DNA of 63,123 nucleotides, the filler included, from Octopus bimaculoides (Eukaryota), in the NCBI RefSeq assembly GCF_001194135.2. It is 6 parts of 6 records of this genome, joined end to end, with 100 filler letters (N's around TTAATTAATTAA, not from the genome) between each part and the next. Parts side by side here need not be neighbours in the genome. Positions count along the whole stretch, not along the records: positions 9,749 to 26,581 come from NC_068994.1; 5 more parts are not named here. One strand, given 5' to 3'. This document shows positions 12,481 through 22,932 of the stretch, in pieces. The first letter of the stretch is position 1. Each line of letters starts with the position of its first letter. The notes below the pieces were generated by a model that was not told the DNA's origin, made no database searches, and worked only from the letters and a program-made list of their open reading frames with translations. A program made the position numbers and the translations under genes.

Positions 12481-12490
12481 AGATACTTAC

Positions 12491-12773
12491 TTGGCTTTAA
12501 TACCCACTTCACGAGGCAATTGTTGGAGCAATCAATATTTTCGTCGTTTTCCACAACAACTGTCAGAGACGACGTTTTGTAAGTCACTTCCACTTTCCTC
12601 AGTTCTTGCCAGAGACACGGCTGCGATGAAGACTGGCTATTTTCCTTCAAACATATGAATATATGTGCATCAAGGTTACTGGGATTATTTAATGGGAATT
12701 CAAATTTCACTTTGTCTAAATCTTGACTGTCACTCACGGCGACATTTTGCAGCAAAGTTTGGTTCGAAGATAC
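12491..12773 (-). CDS. Exon 2 of the secreted protein (AA15 LPMO-like beta domain, inferred)
   Basis: Acceptor TTTTCTTTTCTACCTTTCCAG, donor CCAA|GTAAGT, 283 nt, phase 0 to 1, fully open: VSSNQTLLQNVAVSDSQDLDKVKFEFPLNNPSNLDAHIFICLKENSQSSSQPCLWQELRKVEVTYKTSSLTVVVENDENIDCSNNCLVKWVLKP. Confidence 0.88.
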
Positions 12774-12842
12774 CTGGAAAGGTAGAAAAGAAAATTTTGA
12801 GTAAACTTGGAAAATAGTTTCATTTAAATAACACTAGATAAT

Positions 12843-13045
12843 CCTTTCTACTTTAGACAAAAGGTCTGAAATCTTGGGGGAGGGGAATAGTCGACTACAT
12901 CCACCCCAATGTTTCACTGGTACTTAATTTACCGACCCCGAAAAGCAAACTCAACCTCGGCGGAATTTGAACTCAGAGCACGTAAAGACGTACGACATGC
13001 TACTAAGTGTTTTGTTCCTGCGTGCTAACGTTTCTGCCATCTTGC
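12843..13045 (-). mobile_element. Older SINE family A copy, inverted relative to 12248-12480
   Basis: Reverse complement gives GATGGCAGAAACGTTAGCACG...CTGAGTTCAAATTCCGCCGAGG...GGGGTCGGTAAATTAAGTACCAG. Confidence 0.8.
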
Positions 13046-13084
13046 TACCTCGAATAACAGAAGATAATAATTAACTGAATAATT

Positions 13085-13125
<41 letters not shown>

Positions 13126-13189
13126 CTTTTTCTTTTATCGATTGTCTCCTTCATCCGTCACCCTGGTGGAAAAATGATTGATTAATGAT

Positions 13190-13470
13190 TGATGCGGGAG
13201 GACGAAACCGCCTTGCTGGATGTAATCGTTCAGTGTCCGTGCATTAGAGGGTTGTGGGCATGTGTGGAACAGCTGTTGTCTCGTGTAAGACGAATCTAAC
13301 CATCCCCCGAGGGCATTGTGAAGATAGACGCTCCCGCTTCCTTTTGGCAGAGAAGTAAAGTCCATCTTTTTTTTTGTGTTTAGTGGCCGTGGCAAAAGAG
13401 GTTGTGTGGTGGACACGCCTGAAAGGTTTCAAGTCAAGCACTTTCCTATATGGCCAAGCTTTGTGCAACC
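13190..13470 (-). pseudogene. Possible decayed CR1/L2-type reverse transcriptase fragment
   Basis: Frameshifted peptides VLDLKPFRRVHH (compare LDLxKAFDxVxH) and WLDSSYTRQQLF...QQGGFVLP (compare WxxSYLxxRxQxV...PQGSVLGP). Weak. Confidence 0.35.
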
Positions 13471-13502
13471 CAGGAGAACCCCATACACCGACCGGCCGGC
13501 CA

Positions 13503-13545
<43 letters not shown>

Positions 13546-13894
13546 NNNNNNNNNNNNNNNNNNNNNNNNNNNNNNNNNNNNNNNNNNNNNNNNNNNNNNN
13601 NNNNNNNNNNNNNNNNNNNNNNNNNNNNNNNNNNNNNNNNNNNNNNNNNNNNNNNNNNNNNNNNNNNNNNNNNNNNNNNNNNNNNNNNNNNNNNNNNNNN
13701 NNNNNNNNNNNNNNNNNNNNNNNNNNNNNNNNNNNNNNNNNNNNNNNNNNNNNNNNNNNNNNNNNNNNNNNNNNNNNNNNNNNNNNNNNNNNNNNNNNNN
13801 NNNNNNNNNNNNNNNNNNNNNNNNNNNNNNNNNNNNNNNNNNNNNNNNNNNNNNNNNNNNNNNNNNNNNNNNNNACTTCTAAGAGGTCATGGAC

Positions 13895-14093
13895 AAAAAC
13901 AATAACAACATGCAACAAAAACATCTTTAAATGATTATTCCGGAGCATATTCACCATCTACTTCAATTACTGCTTCCCATTTGCTTGGCAGACGGTCAGA
14001 CCGTCAGTTAAAGATGTTTTTGTTAAATATTGTTATTGTTTTTGTTGAATAAAATTTGTTGAAAAAAAGCCGCAATAATTATGCACCAACCCA

Positions 14094-14096
<3 letters not shown>
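13895..14096 (-). mobile_element. Internally deleted mariner element (MITE-like)
   Basis: Terminal TATTGGGTTGGTGCATAATTATTGCGGC resembles Hsmar1/MADE1-type TIRs. About 45-bp subterminal inverted repeats enclose the transposase C-terminal peptide RLPSKWEAVIEVDGEYAPE*. The left end runs into an N gap. Confidence 0.75.
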
Positions 14097-14141
<45 letters not shown>

Positions 14142-14695
14142 AAATGAGAGACAGAGAGCGAGAGCGAGAGGGAGAAACAGGAAAGTGGTACTTCGTACAT
14201 ATTACTTTAAACAAAAGAAGTGACGAAATCTGCGTACGAAAATGTCCTGCAGTCTAACGACGACACATCATTTCCCATTGAGTTGAAAATACGAGCGGTT
14301 ATGACCCGGCATTACTATTTCTTCACGAACTCCGCTTTAATGAGGCTCTCATAATTCATACTCGGATAAAACAGTTTCGTGACGTCATTGCTCCCTAGAT
14401 ATGGCCGATGTTTCATCACGTCCCATATTTGAACCGTCAAGGTTAGCATTACGTGAAACAGCATTCGAGATCACTTTTCGTTTCCATTTGTCTCTTCTTT
14501 CAATCTCATTAAAGCAGTCGTATTTTAATTGTAGCACGTTTCAGATGTTAGATGATATTTATTACACAACCTCTACCCCCTTCTCTCTCTCCACACACAC
14601 AAACACACACATATCATACACACACACACGCACACAAACGCTCTTTCTCTCTTTCTCATTCTCTCTCTGTATGTATGTCTGCAAGAATGTATGTA

Positions 14696-14760
<65 letters not shown>

Positions 14761-14951
14761 NNNNNNNNNNNNNNNNNNNNNNNNNNNNNNNNNNNNNNNN
14801 NNNNNNNNNNNNNNNNNNNNNNNNNNNNNNNNNNNNNNNNNNNNNNNNNNNNNNNNNNNNNNNNNNNNNNNNNNNNNNNNNNNNNNNNNNNNNNNNNTAT
14901 GTATGTATGTATGTATGTATGTATGTATGTATGTATGTATGTATGTATGTA

Positions 14952-14986
<35 letters not shown>

Positions 14987-15049
14987 CTGTATCTCACAGA
15001 CACAAACATACACTCGCGCATGCGCACTGTATGTGGTTGATTGGCCGAG

Positions 15050-15455
15050 TCTTTAGAGTGTCAGATAGATTGCTTTGCAGCCATTACTCCGGCTCGCTGC
15101 GCTCTGAGTTCGAATCCCACCGATGTCAACTTTTCTTTTCATCCTTACAAAATCGATAAAGTACCAGTCATGTACACGAGTCAATTTTTCATTTTCTTTC
15201 TTTCTTTCTTTATCACGAACATATTCTTTTCTACTCTAGGCACGAGGTCCGAATAATAATCCTTTCTACCATAGGCACAAGGCTTGAAAGTTTTGGGCGG
15301 AGGGGACCAGTCGATTGCATCAACCCCAGTGATTCGATTCCGAAAGGATAAAAGGCAAAGTCGACCTTCGAGGAATTTGAACTCAGAACGTAAAGACGGA
15401 CGAAATGTCGCTAAACATCTTCCTCGGAATGCTAACGATTCTCTCAACTAGCAGA
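15050..15455. mobile_element. Adjacent inverted pair of SINE family A copies (+ about 15050-15215, - about 15228-15455)
   Basis: GAGTTCGAATCCC...GTCAACTTT...TCGATAAAGTACCAG on plus; GGCAAAGTCGACC...GGAATTTGAACTCAGAACGTAAAG as the reversed copy. Confidence 0.75.
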
Positions 15456-15459
15456 ATAA

Positions 15460-15578
15460 TAAATGGTACGAACATGAACCTTGTAAAAGACTAGAAAGTA
15501 AGAAATATAGGATGTGAGACTTTAACATTCAGACTGACAGGGTAATAGAAGCTAGAAAGCCTGATTTGGTAGTAGTAA

Positions 15579-15613
<35 letters not shown>

Positions 15614-15935
15614 AATAAAGAGAATAGAAAGTACCAGATAATTGACTTTAGAGTCCCAAATGATGAGAAAATCAATATGAGAAGTATAGAGAAACTAGCA
15701 AAGTACCAGGACCTATCCATTGAATTACAGAGACTATGGAAAGTGTGGGTAAAATGTATTCCAATAGTTATGGCGCATTAGGAACTATCCTAAATATTTG
15801 AACAGATGGATGGAGGAAATAGGCATACAACCCAGTTTAGTACAGCTGCAGAAAGCAGTGTTATTAGGGACAGCTAGGATACTTAGGAGGGCTTTTGGCA
15901 TCTAAGGTTACTTGTTGTGGCCGGATGTTAGGATT
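15460..15935 (+). mobile_element. 3' fragment of an R4/Dong-like non-LTR retrotransposon (RLE domain)
   Basis: KWYEHEP...DFNIQTDRVIEARKPDLVV...IIDFRVP...EKLAKYQDLSIELQRLWK...IPIV...LQKAVLLGTARILRR, with frameshifts and stops. Confidence 0.85.
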
Positions 15936-16218
15936 CTTTTCTCCATATATATATNNNNNNNNNNNNNNNNNNNNNNNNNNNNNNNNNNNNNNNNNNNNNN
16001 NNNNNNNNNNNNNNNNNNNNNNNNNNNNNNNNNNNNNNNNNNNNNNNNNNNNNNNNNNNNNNNNNNNNNNNNNNNNNNNNNNNNNNNNNNNNNNNNNNNN
16101 NNNNNNNNNNNNNNNNNNNNNNNNNNNNNNNNNNNNNNNNNNNNNNNNNNNNNNNNNNNNNNNNNNNNNNNNNNNNNNNNNNNNNNNNNNNNNNNNNNNN
16201 NNNNNNNNNNNNNNNNNN

Positions 16219-16239
<21 letters not shown>

Positions 16240-16256
<17 letters not shown>

Positions 16257-16445
16257 CCCCTCCCACCGCCTGACAACCGGTGTTAGTGTGTTTACGTCAC
16301 CGTAACTTAGCAAAAGAGACCGGTAGAATAAGTGCCAGGCTTAAAGAAAAATGAGTTCTAGGGTCGATTTGTTCGACTAAAATCCTTCAAGGTGGTGCCC
16401 CAGCATGGGCGCAGTCAAATGACGGAAGCAAGTAAAAGATAAAAG
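16240..16445 (+). mobile_element. SINE family B, 3' half
   Basis: (GT)n, then GACAACCGGTGTTAGTGTGTTTACGTC...GGTGCCCCAGCATGG...CAGTCAAATGAC.GAAGCAAGTAAAAGA. Confidence 0.8.
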
Positions 16446-16734
16446 GTGCCGCAAAAGTTTAGAATTGCAAGGATTTTGGAACATGGAATCTGAAAAGTTT
16501 GCATCTGTGACAATTGGTGTAGGGACAGGTTGGAATGGAGGGACCTGTAGAGCTTCTACATCGAGGATTTTGAGATTGGTTCAAGGATGTTAAGTACCGT
16601 GGAAAGGGATCGTTTGAGATCTTTGACAAAAGGTTGTTGTCTGCTCTTACAGAATTAACCAGAGCAAGTGAAATCGGGAACTCTGAGAAGGGAAATGGAA
16701 ATGATGATGATGATGATAATAATAATAATAATAA

Positions 16735-17125
16735 AGAAGAAAAAAAATGCTTTCTAATTGATGTATCAATACCAGCAAATGACAACGTTTCTCTAAAAGA
16801 AATGGAAAAACTTTCAAAATACAAAGACCTGGAAATAGAGATAACTCGAATGTGGAATCTAAAAACAGAAACAATTCCTATCATAGTAGGTGCCTTAGGT
16901 ATAATAAAAAATATTCAGACAAATACATAACAAAAACACCAGGACTTACAAATATATATAACATACAGAAAATTGCACTACTGGGTACTGCACACATTCT
17001 ACGCAAAACACTTTCAATACAGTAAACATAAGAGCACCACAGCAAACCACAGCACATACCCAAGGCGCACAGAGCTGCGCTCGGTAGTGAAGTGAAAGCA
17101 CGTTATAAAAATAAAACTACTGAAC
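16735..17125 (+). mobile_element. 3' fragment of an R4/Dong-like LINE between (AAT)n arrays
   Basis: [55 protein letters not shown]...QKIALLGTAHILRKTLSIQ*, 3'UTR and (AAT)n tail. Confidence 0.9.
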
Positions 17126-17173
17126 AATAATAATAATAATAATAATTATTATAAAAATAATAATAATAAATAC

Positions 17174-17214
<41 letters not shown>

Positions 17215-17384
17215 TCATAATATAAAACCAAATATATGGCACCCTAGTCATAACACTAACTTGAACTTCTAACTTGTCTCTTGAGGTCTCTGGGTGAGAC
17301 TTGGACTTGCAGTCAACTTGTACAAATACAAAGCAAAAGTCAAACATATAACAGTAACAACAGCAACAACAACAATAATAATAA

Positions 17385-18133
17385 ATGCTCTGACGCAGTA
17401 CCAGGCAGTGGTTCTCATGGCTTCTGATCTTAATTGATTGGAAGTGTTATCATGTACATTGTTTTGTCTTGGTATAAAAAGATGGGCTGCAGCAAATATT
17501 CTGCTCAATACCTCAGATTTGCTTCTTCGTTACTTGACCATAACCAGTTGAGCACGTCCCGTAGTGGTTGACAATATGTGCATCTCTGATCTTGAGCAGG
17601 GGTAGTGGCGAAAGGGTGGGCATCATAGCCATGTTTTGAGAGAAATTCTTTGGGGTTTGAATAATTCACCTCTGGAAATCATCCTTAAACAACCCTCGTT
17701 CATCATCCTTAAACAACCTTCATTCAGGGACCTTTTGAGCGGGATGGGCTACTCGACCTGAAGAAAATTCTAACTGGGCCCCACCTGCCAAGTCATGCGC
17801 TGTTTATCTTCATATAAGGTCACCATGTCGCGCACATATGGTTGTGATATACATGCCTGGTGTACCCTTATCAGACGGGTAGTCATGATGGGTATATTGA
17901 GCTTCGTATATTTGTACCCCTGTGTCACTTTGAGGGCATGCATTATTCTCTCATTAGAATGCCTGGTAGAGCTCCTATAGAAAGTTTGTCTGTTAGGGAC
18001 AGCGAGGATTATCAGGAGGGTTCTAAGTACTTGAAAGACAGTTGAAAACTTGTGGATACCTAAGGTTACAGGTAGTAATCCGCTACCCACATAAATCGTA
18101 CCACGAATAAGACCGAACCTAAGCTAAACCAAA

Positions 18134-18164
<31 letters not shown>

Positions 18165-18390
18165 ATTCTGGTTTTATTGGTCACAAGGGCTAATATCAAT
18201 CAAAAACATGTAAGGACAAAGACAGGGTGAAGGTTACAAAGGGTTTTGTCCGAAAAGAAGAAAACGTTCGTGTAAACAGAGGAAAAACACAGAAAGATAT
18301 AACAAATAAAACTCCCAATAGGGGGAGGCACTTCGAAAGGTTACACGTGGAAAAATCCAAAAAAGCCACGGGAGCCTGGTCAGAAAATTA
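17385..18390. mobile_element. Mosaic: interspersed repeat (about 17385-17935), R4-like 3' end (+, about 17960-18140), L1/Tx1-type 3' end (-, about 18165-18390)
   Basis: Plus peptide KVCLLGTARIIRRVLST* followed by (AAT)n; minus T-rich UTR ending GCCCTTGTGACCAATAAAA. Family assignments are by recollection only. Confidence 0.55.
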
Positions 18391-18405
18391 AGAAAGGGGT
18401 ATAGA

Positions 18406-18454
<49 letters not shown>

Positions 18455-18455
<1 letters not shown>

Positions 18456-18790
18456 TGAAAGACAGAGAAGAAGTTGATGAATATGGAGACCTGAGAATTA
18501 AGATCGCTAAGATGTGGCAGCTACGAGAGACGGACATAAAGGTTATTCCTATTGTCATCGGAGCATTGGGTTCAATACCACCCAATCTGAAAAAAACATC
18601 TGCAAACTTCAGAAATACCCTACAATCTAGATGTATTGGAAAAGTCGGCATTACTTGGAAATGCAGGCACATTGCGTAAAGTACTGTCTGTCTGAGGTCC
18701 TTGTTGTGACTTGACAAACAGTACAACCCCCCCCCCCCGGTAGATACAATATCTTTAACCAACAACCTCATGATATTGTATACTGTGAGG
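18455..18790 (+). mobile_element. 3' fragment of an R4/Dong-like LINE
   Basis: KDREEVDEYGDLRIKIAKMWQLRETDIKVIPIVIGALGSIPPNLKK, directly after an (AAT)n array. Confidence 0.8.
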
Positions 18791-18844
18791 CGTCTATAAT
18801 AATAGTAATAATAATTATGATAATAATAAGGTTGTTGAACTTAC

Positions 18845-18931
18845 CTTGCAAATGAGGGGTGAAAGCGCAAATGTAATTTTTGCCGTTAATACTGTGAGCA
18901 ATATCAAAGAAATATAACAGTAAGACAACAT
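18845..18931 (-). CDS. Exon 1 of the secreted protein: signal peptide MLSYCYISLILLTVLTAKITFA then LSPLICK
   Basis: ATG at 18931 (in-frame upstream ATGs at 18964 and 18958), hydrophobic core with a small residue at the predicted cleavage site, consensus phase-0 donor CAAG|GTAAGT matching exon 2. Confidence 0.75.
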
Positions 18932-19258
18932 GGTTGGAACTCCTTTGTTATTCACCATTATCATCTTGTTCGCTATTGCTGTCGTCGGCAATAAATAAGC
19001 AACCGTTTGATATCTCCAGGTAACACAGTCTACAATATGCAATGTATCAATGTATATATATATATGTGTGTCGCGTATATGTATGTAAGTATGTATGTAC
19101 GATTATATAGATGTATCTATTTCGCCGCCTGCGTTGGAGATCGTTCTTGTTTTCGTGTCTATCAATATATAAATTACTAACGACAAGAAAAAATAATCCC
19201 AGCAAGTACAAAGAATAGCAACAGCAATGATAATTACGTAATAATAATAATAATAATG

Positions 19259-19293
<35 letters not shown>

Positions 19294-19391
19294 CAGTTGT
19301 AATACACTTCAGTAGCTATGTTAGAGTACAAGTGAATGGACTATGAAAGTTTGCGAGATTGCTTCACAGCCGGTTTTTCTTCTCTTAATAA

Positions 19392-19435
<44 letters not shown>

Positions 19436-19548
19436 GCGTGTATACGTATATATCTCTATGCGTGTGAAAACAAAAACGGTAGGCGAAGCTCGCTAAAGAA
19501 CACGCTGCGTGTTAACAGTGATTCTGACCGAAACTGCTTCCAAGCGTT

Positions 19549-19558
19549 CTTTATATAG
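19549..19558 (-). promoter_or_regulatory. Candidate TATA box for the secreted-protein gene
   Basis: CTATATAAAG in non-microsatellite, CpG-containing context with GTCAGA about 30 nt downstream and about 600 bp upstream of the ATG. Motif evidence only. Confidence 0.3.
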
Positions 19559-20365
19559 AGGCAGGCGTGTATACATGCACAAGTGTTTTGTATGTATGTA
19601 AATAGATTTATGTAAGTACATGTGTAAGGTAAATGTTTGTGACTATGTATGTGTGTATGTGAATGTGTGTGTGTGTGTGTGAATGTTTGTGGGCGTGTTC
19701 TACAGGTTGTATCCGCCATTGTCGCTCTTCCACTAACCGGCTTGCACCTGTTAAAAACACAATCCTTATTGTTATCAAACGCCATGCTTAGAAGATAGGG
19801 CTTGTATTTCTTGCCTTCTTTGTTTGTTTGTTTCTTTCTTTCTTCCCGTCCCTCCTTTCTTTCTTTCATTCATTCATTCTTTCGTTCTTTCTTTCTTTCT
19901 TCTTTCTTTTTTTTTCTTTAGGTTTTACGTTTCATTGGCTCTTAGAAAGAAGTAAAAATAGTCTCTGACATTGTCTAAAGTGATAACAACAGCACCGCAA
20001 AGTGCATCATCATCATCATCATCAACAACAATAACAACAGCAACAACAACAGCTGCCGCCGCCGCCGCCGTCGCCGCACGAACGCAACAACAAAGAAAAG
20101 CAATGAAAACACGGTACGGTTTATTATTAAAATCTTTCCACTGGGACATCGTCGTCGTCACTCTTTAAATTACTTCATTGCGTCTTTGAGGGTAAATCAC
20201 GGATCTCAAATGGGTAATCATGCGTTTTACTGCCGTGATTTTTTCCGGTTACGAATCCTGAATAAGAGGAAGTGCGCTCGTGTGTGTATGTGTGGGCATC
20301 TATATATAGAAATGAATTATCAGCTTATTTGTATATGTATATATATATGTATGTATGCATGTATG

Positions 20366-20405
<40 letters not shown>

Positions 20406-21339
20406 NNNNNNNNNNNNNNNNNNNNNNNNNNNNNNNNNNNNNNNNNNNNNNNNNNNNNNNNNNNNNNNNNNNNNNNNNNNNNNNNNNNNNNNNNNNNNNN
20501 NNNNNNNNNNNNNNNNNNNNNNNNNNNNNNNNNNNNNNNNNNNNNNNNNNNNNNNNNNNNNNNNNNNNNNNNNNNNNNNNNNNNNNNNNNNNNNNNNNNN
20601 NNNNNNNNNNNNNNNNNNNNNNNNNNNNNNNNNNNNNNNNNNNNNNNNNNNNNNNNNNNNNNNNNNNNNNNNNNNNNNNNNNNNNNNNNNNNNNNNNNNN
20701 NNNNNNNNNNNNNNNNNNNNNNNNNNNNNNNNNNNNNNNNNNNNNNNNNNNNNNNNNNNNNNNNNNNNNNNNNNNNNNNNNNNNNNNNNNNNNNNNNNNN
20801 NNNNNNNNNNNNNNNNNNNNNNNNNNNNNNNNNNNNNNNNNNNNNNNNNNNNNNNNNNNNNNNNNNNNNNNNNNNNNNNNNNNNNNNNNNNNNNNNNNNN
20901 NNNNNNNNNNNNNNNNNNNNNNNNNNNNNNNNNNNNNNNNNNNNNNNNNNNNNNNNNNNNNNNNNNNNNNNNNNNNNNNNNNNNNNNNNNNNNNNNNNNN
21001 NNNNNNNNNNNNNNNNNNNNNNNNNNNNNNNNNNNNNNNNNNNNNNNNNNNNNNNNNNNNNNNNNNNNNNNNNNNNNNNNNNNNNNNNNNNNNNNNNNNN
21101 NNNNNNNNNNNNNNNNNNNNNNNNNNNNNNNNNNNNNNNNNNNNNNNNNNNNNNNNNNNNNNNNNNNNNNNNNNNNNNNNNNNNNNNNNNNNNNNNNNNN
21201 NNNNNNNNNNNNNNNNNNNNNNNNNNNNNNNNNNNNNNNNNNNNNNNNNNNNNNNNNNNNNNNNNNNNNNNNNNNNNTATATATATATTTATAATATTTA
21301 TATATATGTATGTGTGTGGTGTGTGTATATGTTTGGTTG

Positions 21340-21630
21340 TGTGTTTTTGTCCACACAACATCGCTTCACAGCCGGTGCTGGTGTGTTTACATCCCTGTCA
21401 CTTTGCGGTTCGGCAAAAGGTGGTGCTCCAGCATGGCCGCAGTCAAATGACTGAAATAGGTAAAAGAATATATATATAATGGGGTTCTTTCAGTTTCCAT
21501 CTACCAAATCCGCTCAGAAGGCTTTTGTCGGCCCGAGGCTATAATAGAAAACACTCGCCGAAGGTGCCACACAGTGGGACTGAACCCAGAACCGTGTGGT
21601 TAGTAAGCAAGCTACTTACCACACAGCCAC
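21340..21630. mobile_element. Two SINE family B halves (+ 3' half about 21340-21470; - head half about 21480-21630)
   Basis: GGTGCTCCAGCATGGCCGCAGTCAAATGACTGAAA and TTCTTTCAGTTTCC...CTTACCACACAGCCACTC. Confidence 0.75.
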
Positions 21631-21649
21631 TCGATACATATACATGCAA

Positions 21650-21698
<49 letters not shown>

Positions 21699-22307
21699 AA
21701 TTTATATCTACCGGCCCTTATATACACACAGACCTATGTATATGCCCCACCGTAGTTCTCCACCCATATTTTATTGTAATCTATTATATTCTTTCTTTTA
21801 AAAATATTTTGTTGTATTGTTTTCCATTTTATTGCATATTATTGTTGTTTATTGTATTGTATTATATGGTCTAATCTTGTTTTTTTTCTGTTTGTCTCGT
21901 GTTGGGACCATAAGGGAAATATTATAATGATCTTTAGTGACATAGCTATACTTGTCGTTGTTGTTGTTGTTGTTGCTTAGTCACTGATTCAGAACGTAAA
22001 AATGTATATGATTCGTGTGAAATTTGGCTGTGAATTCTTTGTGTAAAGATGAATGCGAAAGCAAAACATGAGAGTAGCACACACACACACAGAGTAATCA
22101 ATCACTCGCCATGTCGCGGTTTAGTAATCGCGCCCTCAGTACATCGCGGACTTTTCTGGCTAACGTATATGTAAATTTATATCGCGGACTCTTCAGTATA
22201 TCACGGGTTTCTGCGGCCGATAGGTATTTATATTTTTTTAAATTTTAATTATTTCTGTGATAAATCCAGCATTTTCACGCCTATAAATTAATAAATTAAT
22301 AAATAAC

Positions 22308-22381
<74 letters not shown>

Positions 22382-22644
22382 NNNNNNNNNNNNNNNNNNN
22401 NNNNNNNNNNNNNNNNNNNNNNNNNNNNNNNNNNNNNNNNNNNNNNNNNNNNNNNNNNNNNNNNNNNNNNNNNNNNNNNNNNNNNNNNNNNNNNNNNNNN
22501 NNNNNNNNNNNNNNNNNNNNNNNNNNNNNNNNNNNNNNNNNNNNNNNNNNNNNNNNNNNNNNNNNNNNNNNNNNNNNNNNNNNNNNNNNNNNNNNNNNNN
22601 NNNNNNNNNNNNNNNNNNNNNNNNTGTTAGCTTCGCATTGATGA

Positions 22645-22907
22645 ATATAAAACATAAATGCGCCCTTTTTAAAGCCAAGCCAGGCTCATGGGCCCGGTTT
22701 CCTGGTTTCAACGGCGTATGTGTTCCCCAGCTGGACAGGACGCCAGTCCATCGCAGCGTTACTCATTTTTGCCAGCAGAATGAACTGGAGCAACGTGAAA
22801 TGAAGTGTTTTGCTCAAGAACACAACGCGTCGCCCGGTCCAAGAATCGAAACCACAATCTTACGATCATGATGCTGACACCCTAACCTCTAAGCCACGCG
22901 CCTCCAC
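22645..22907 (-). mobile_element. tRNA-derived SINE family D with TSD TCGCATT(G/A)ATGA
   Basis: Head GTGGAGGCGCGTGGCTTAGAGGTTAGGGTG...GGTTTCGATTC. TSD copies at 22633-22644 and 22908-22919. Confidence 0.85.
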
Positions 22908-22932
22908 TCGCATTAATGAGATATGGGTATAA

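Noticed and set aside
14380-14387. Perfect CRE palindrome TGACGTCA in intron 1
   Set aside because: About one 8-mer match is expected by chance in a window this size, and another copy lies inside a SINE at about 49194.
16455-16700. Minus ORF 16459-16884 with a Cys cluster
   Set aside because: It partly overlaps the antisense of an R4 fragment. The plus strand shows a weak FGTWNLKSL motif suggesting a decayed RTE endonuclease instead.
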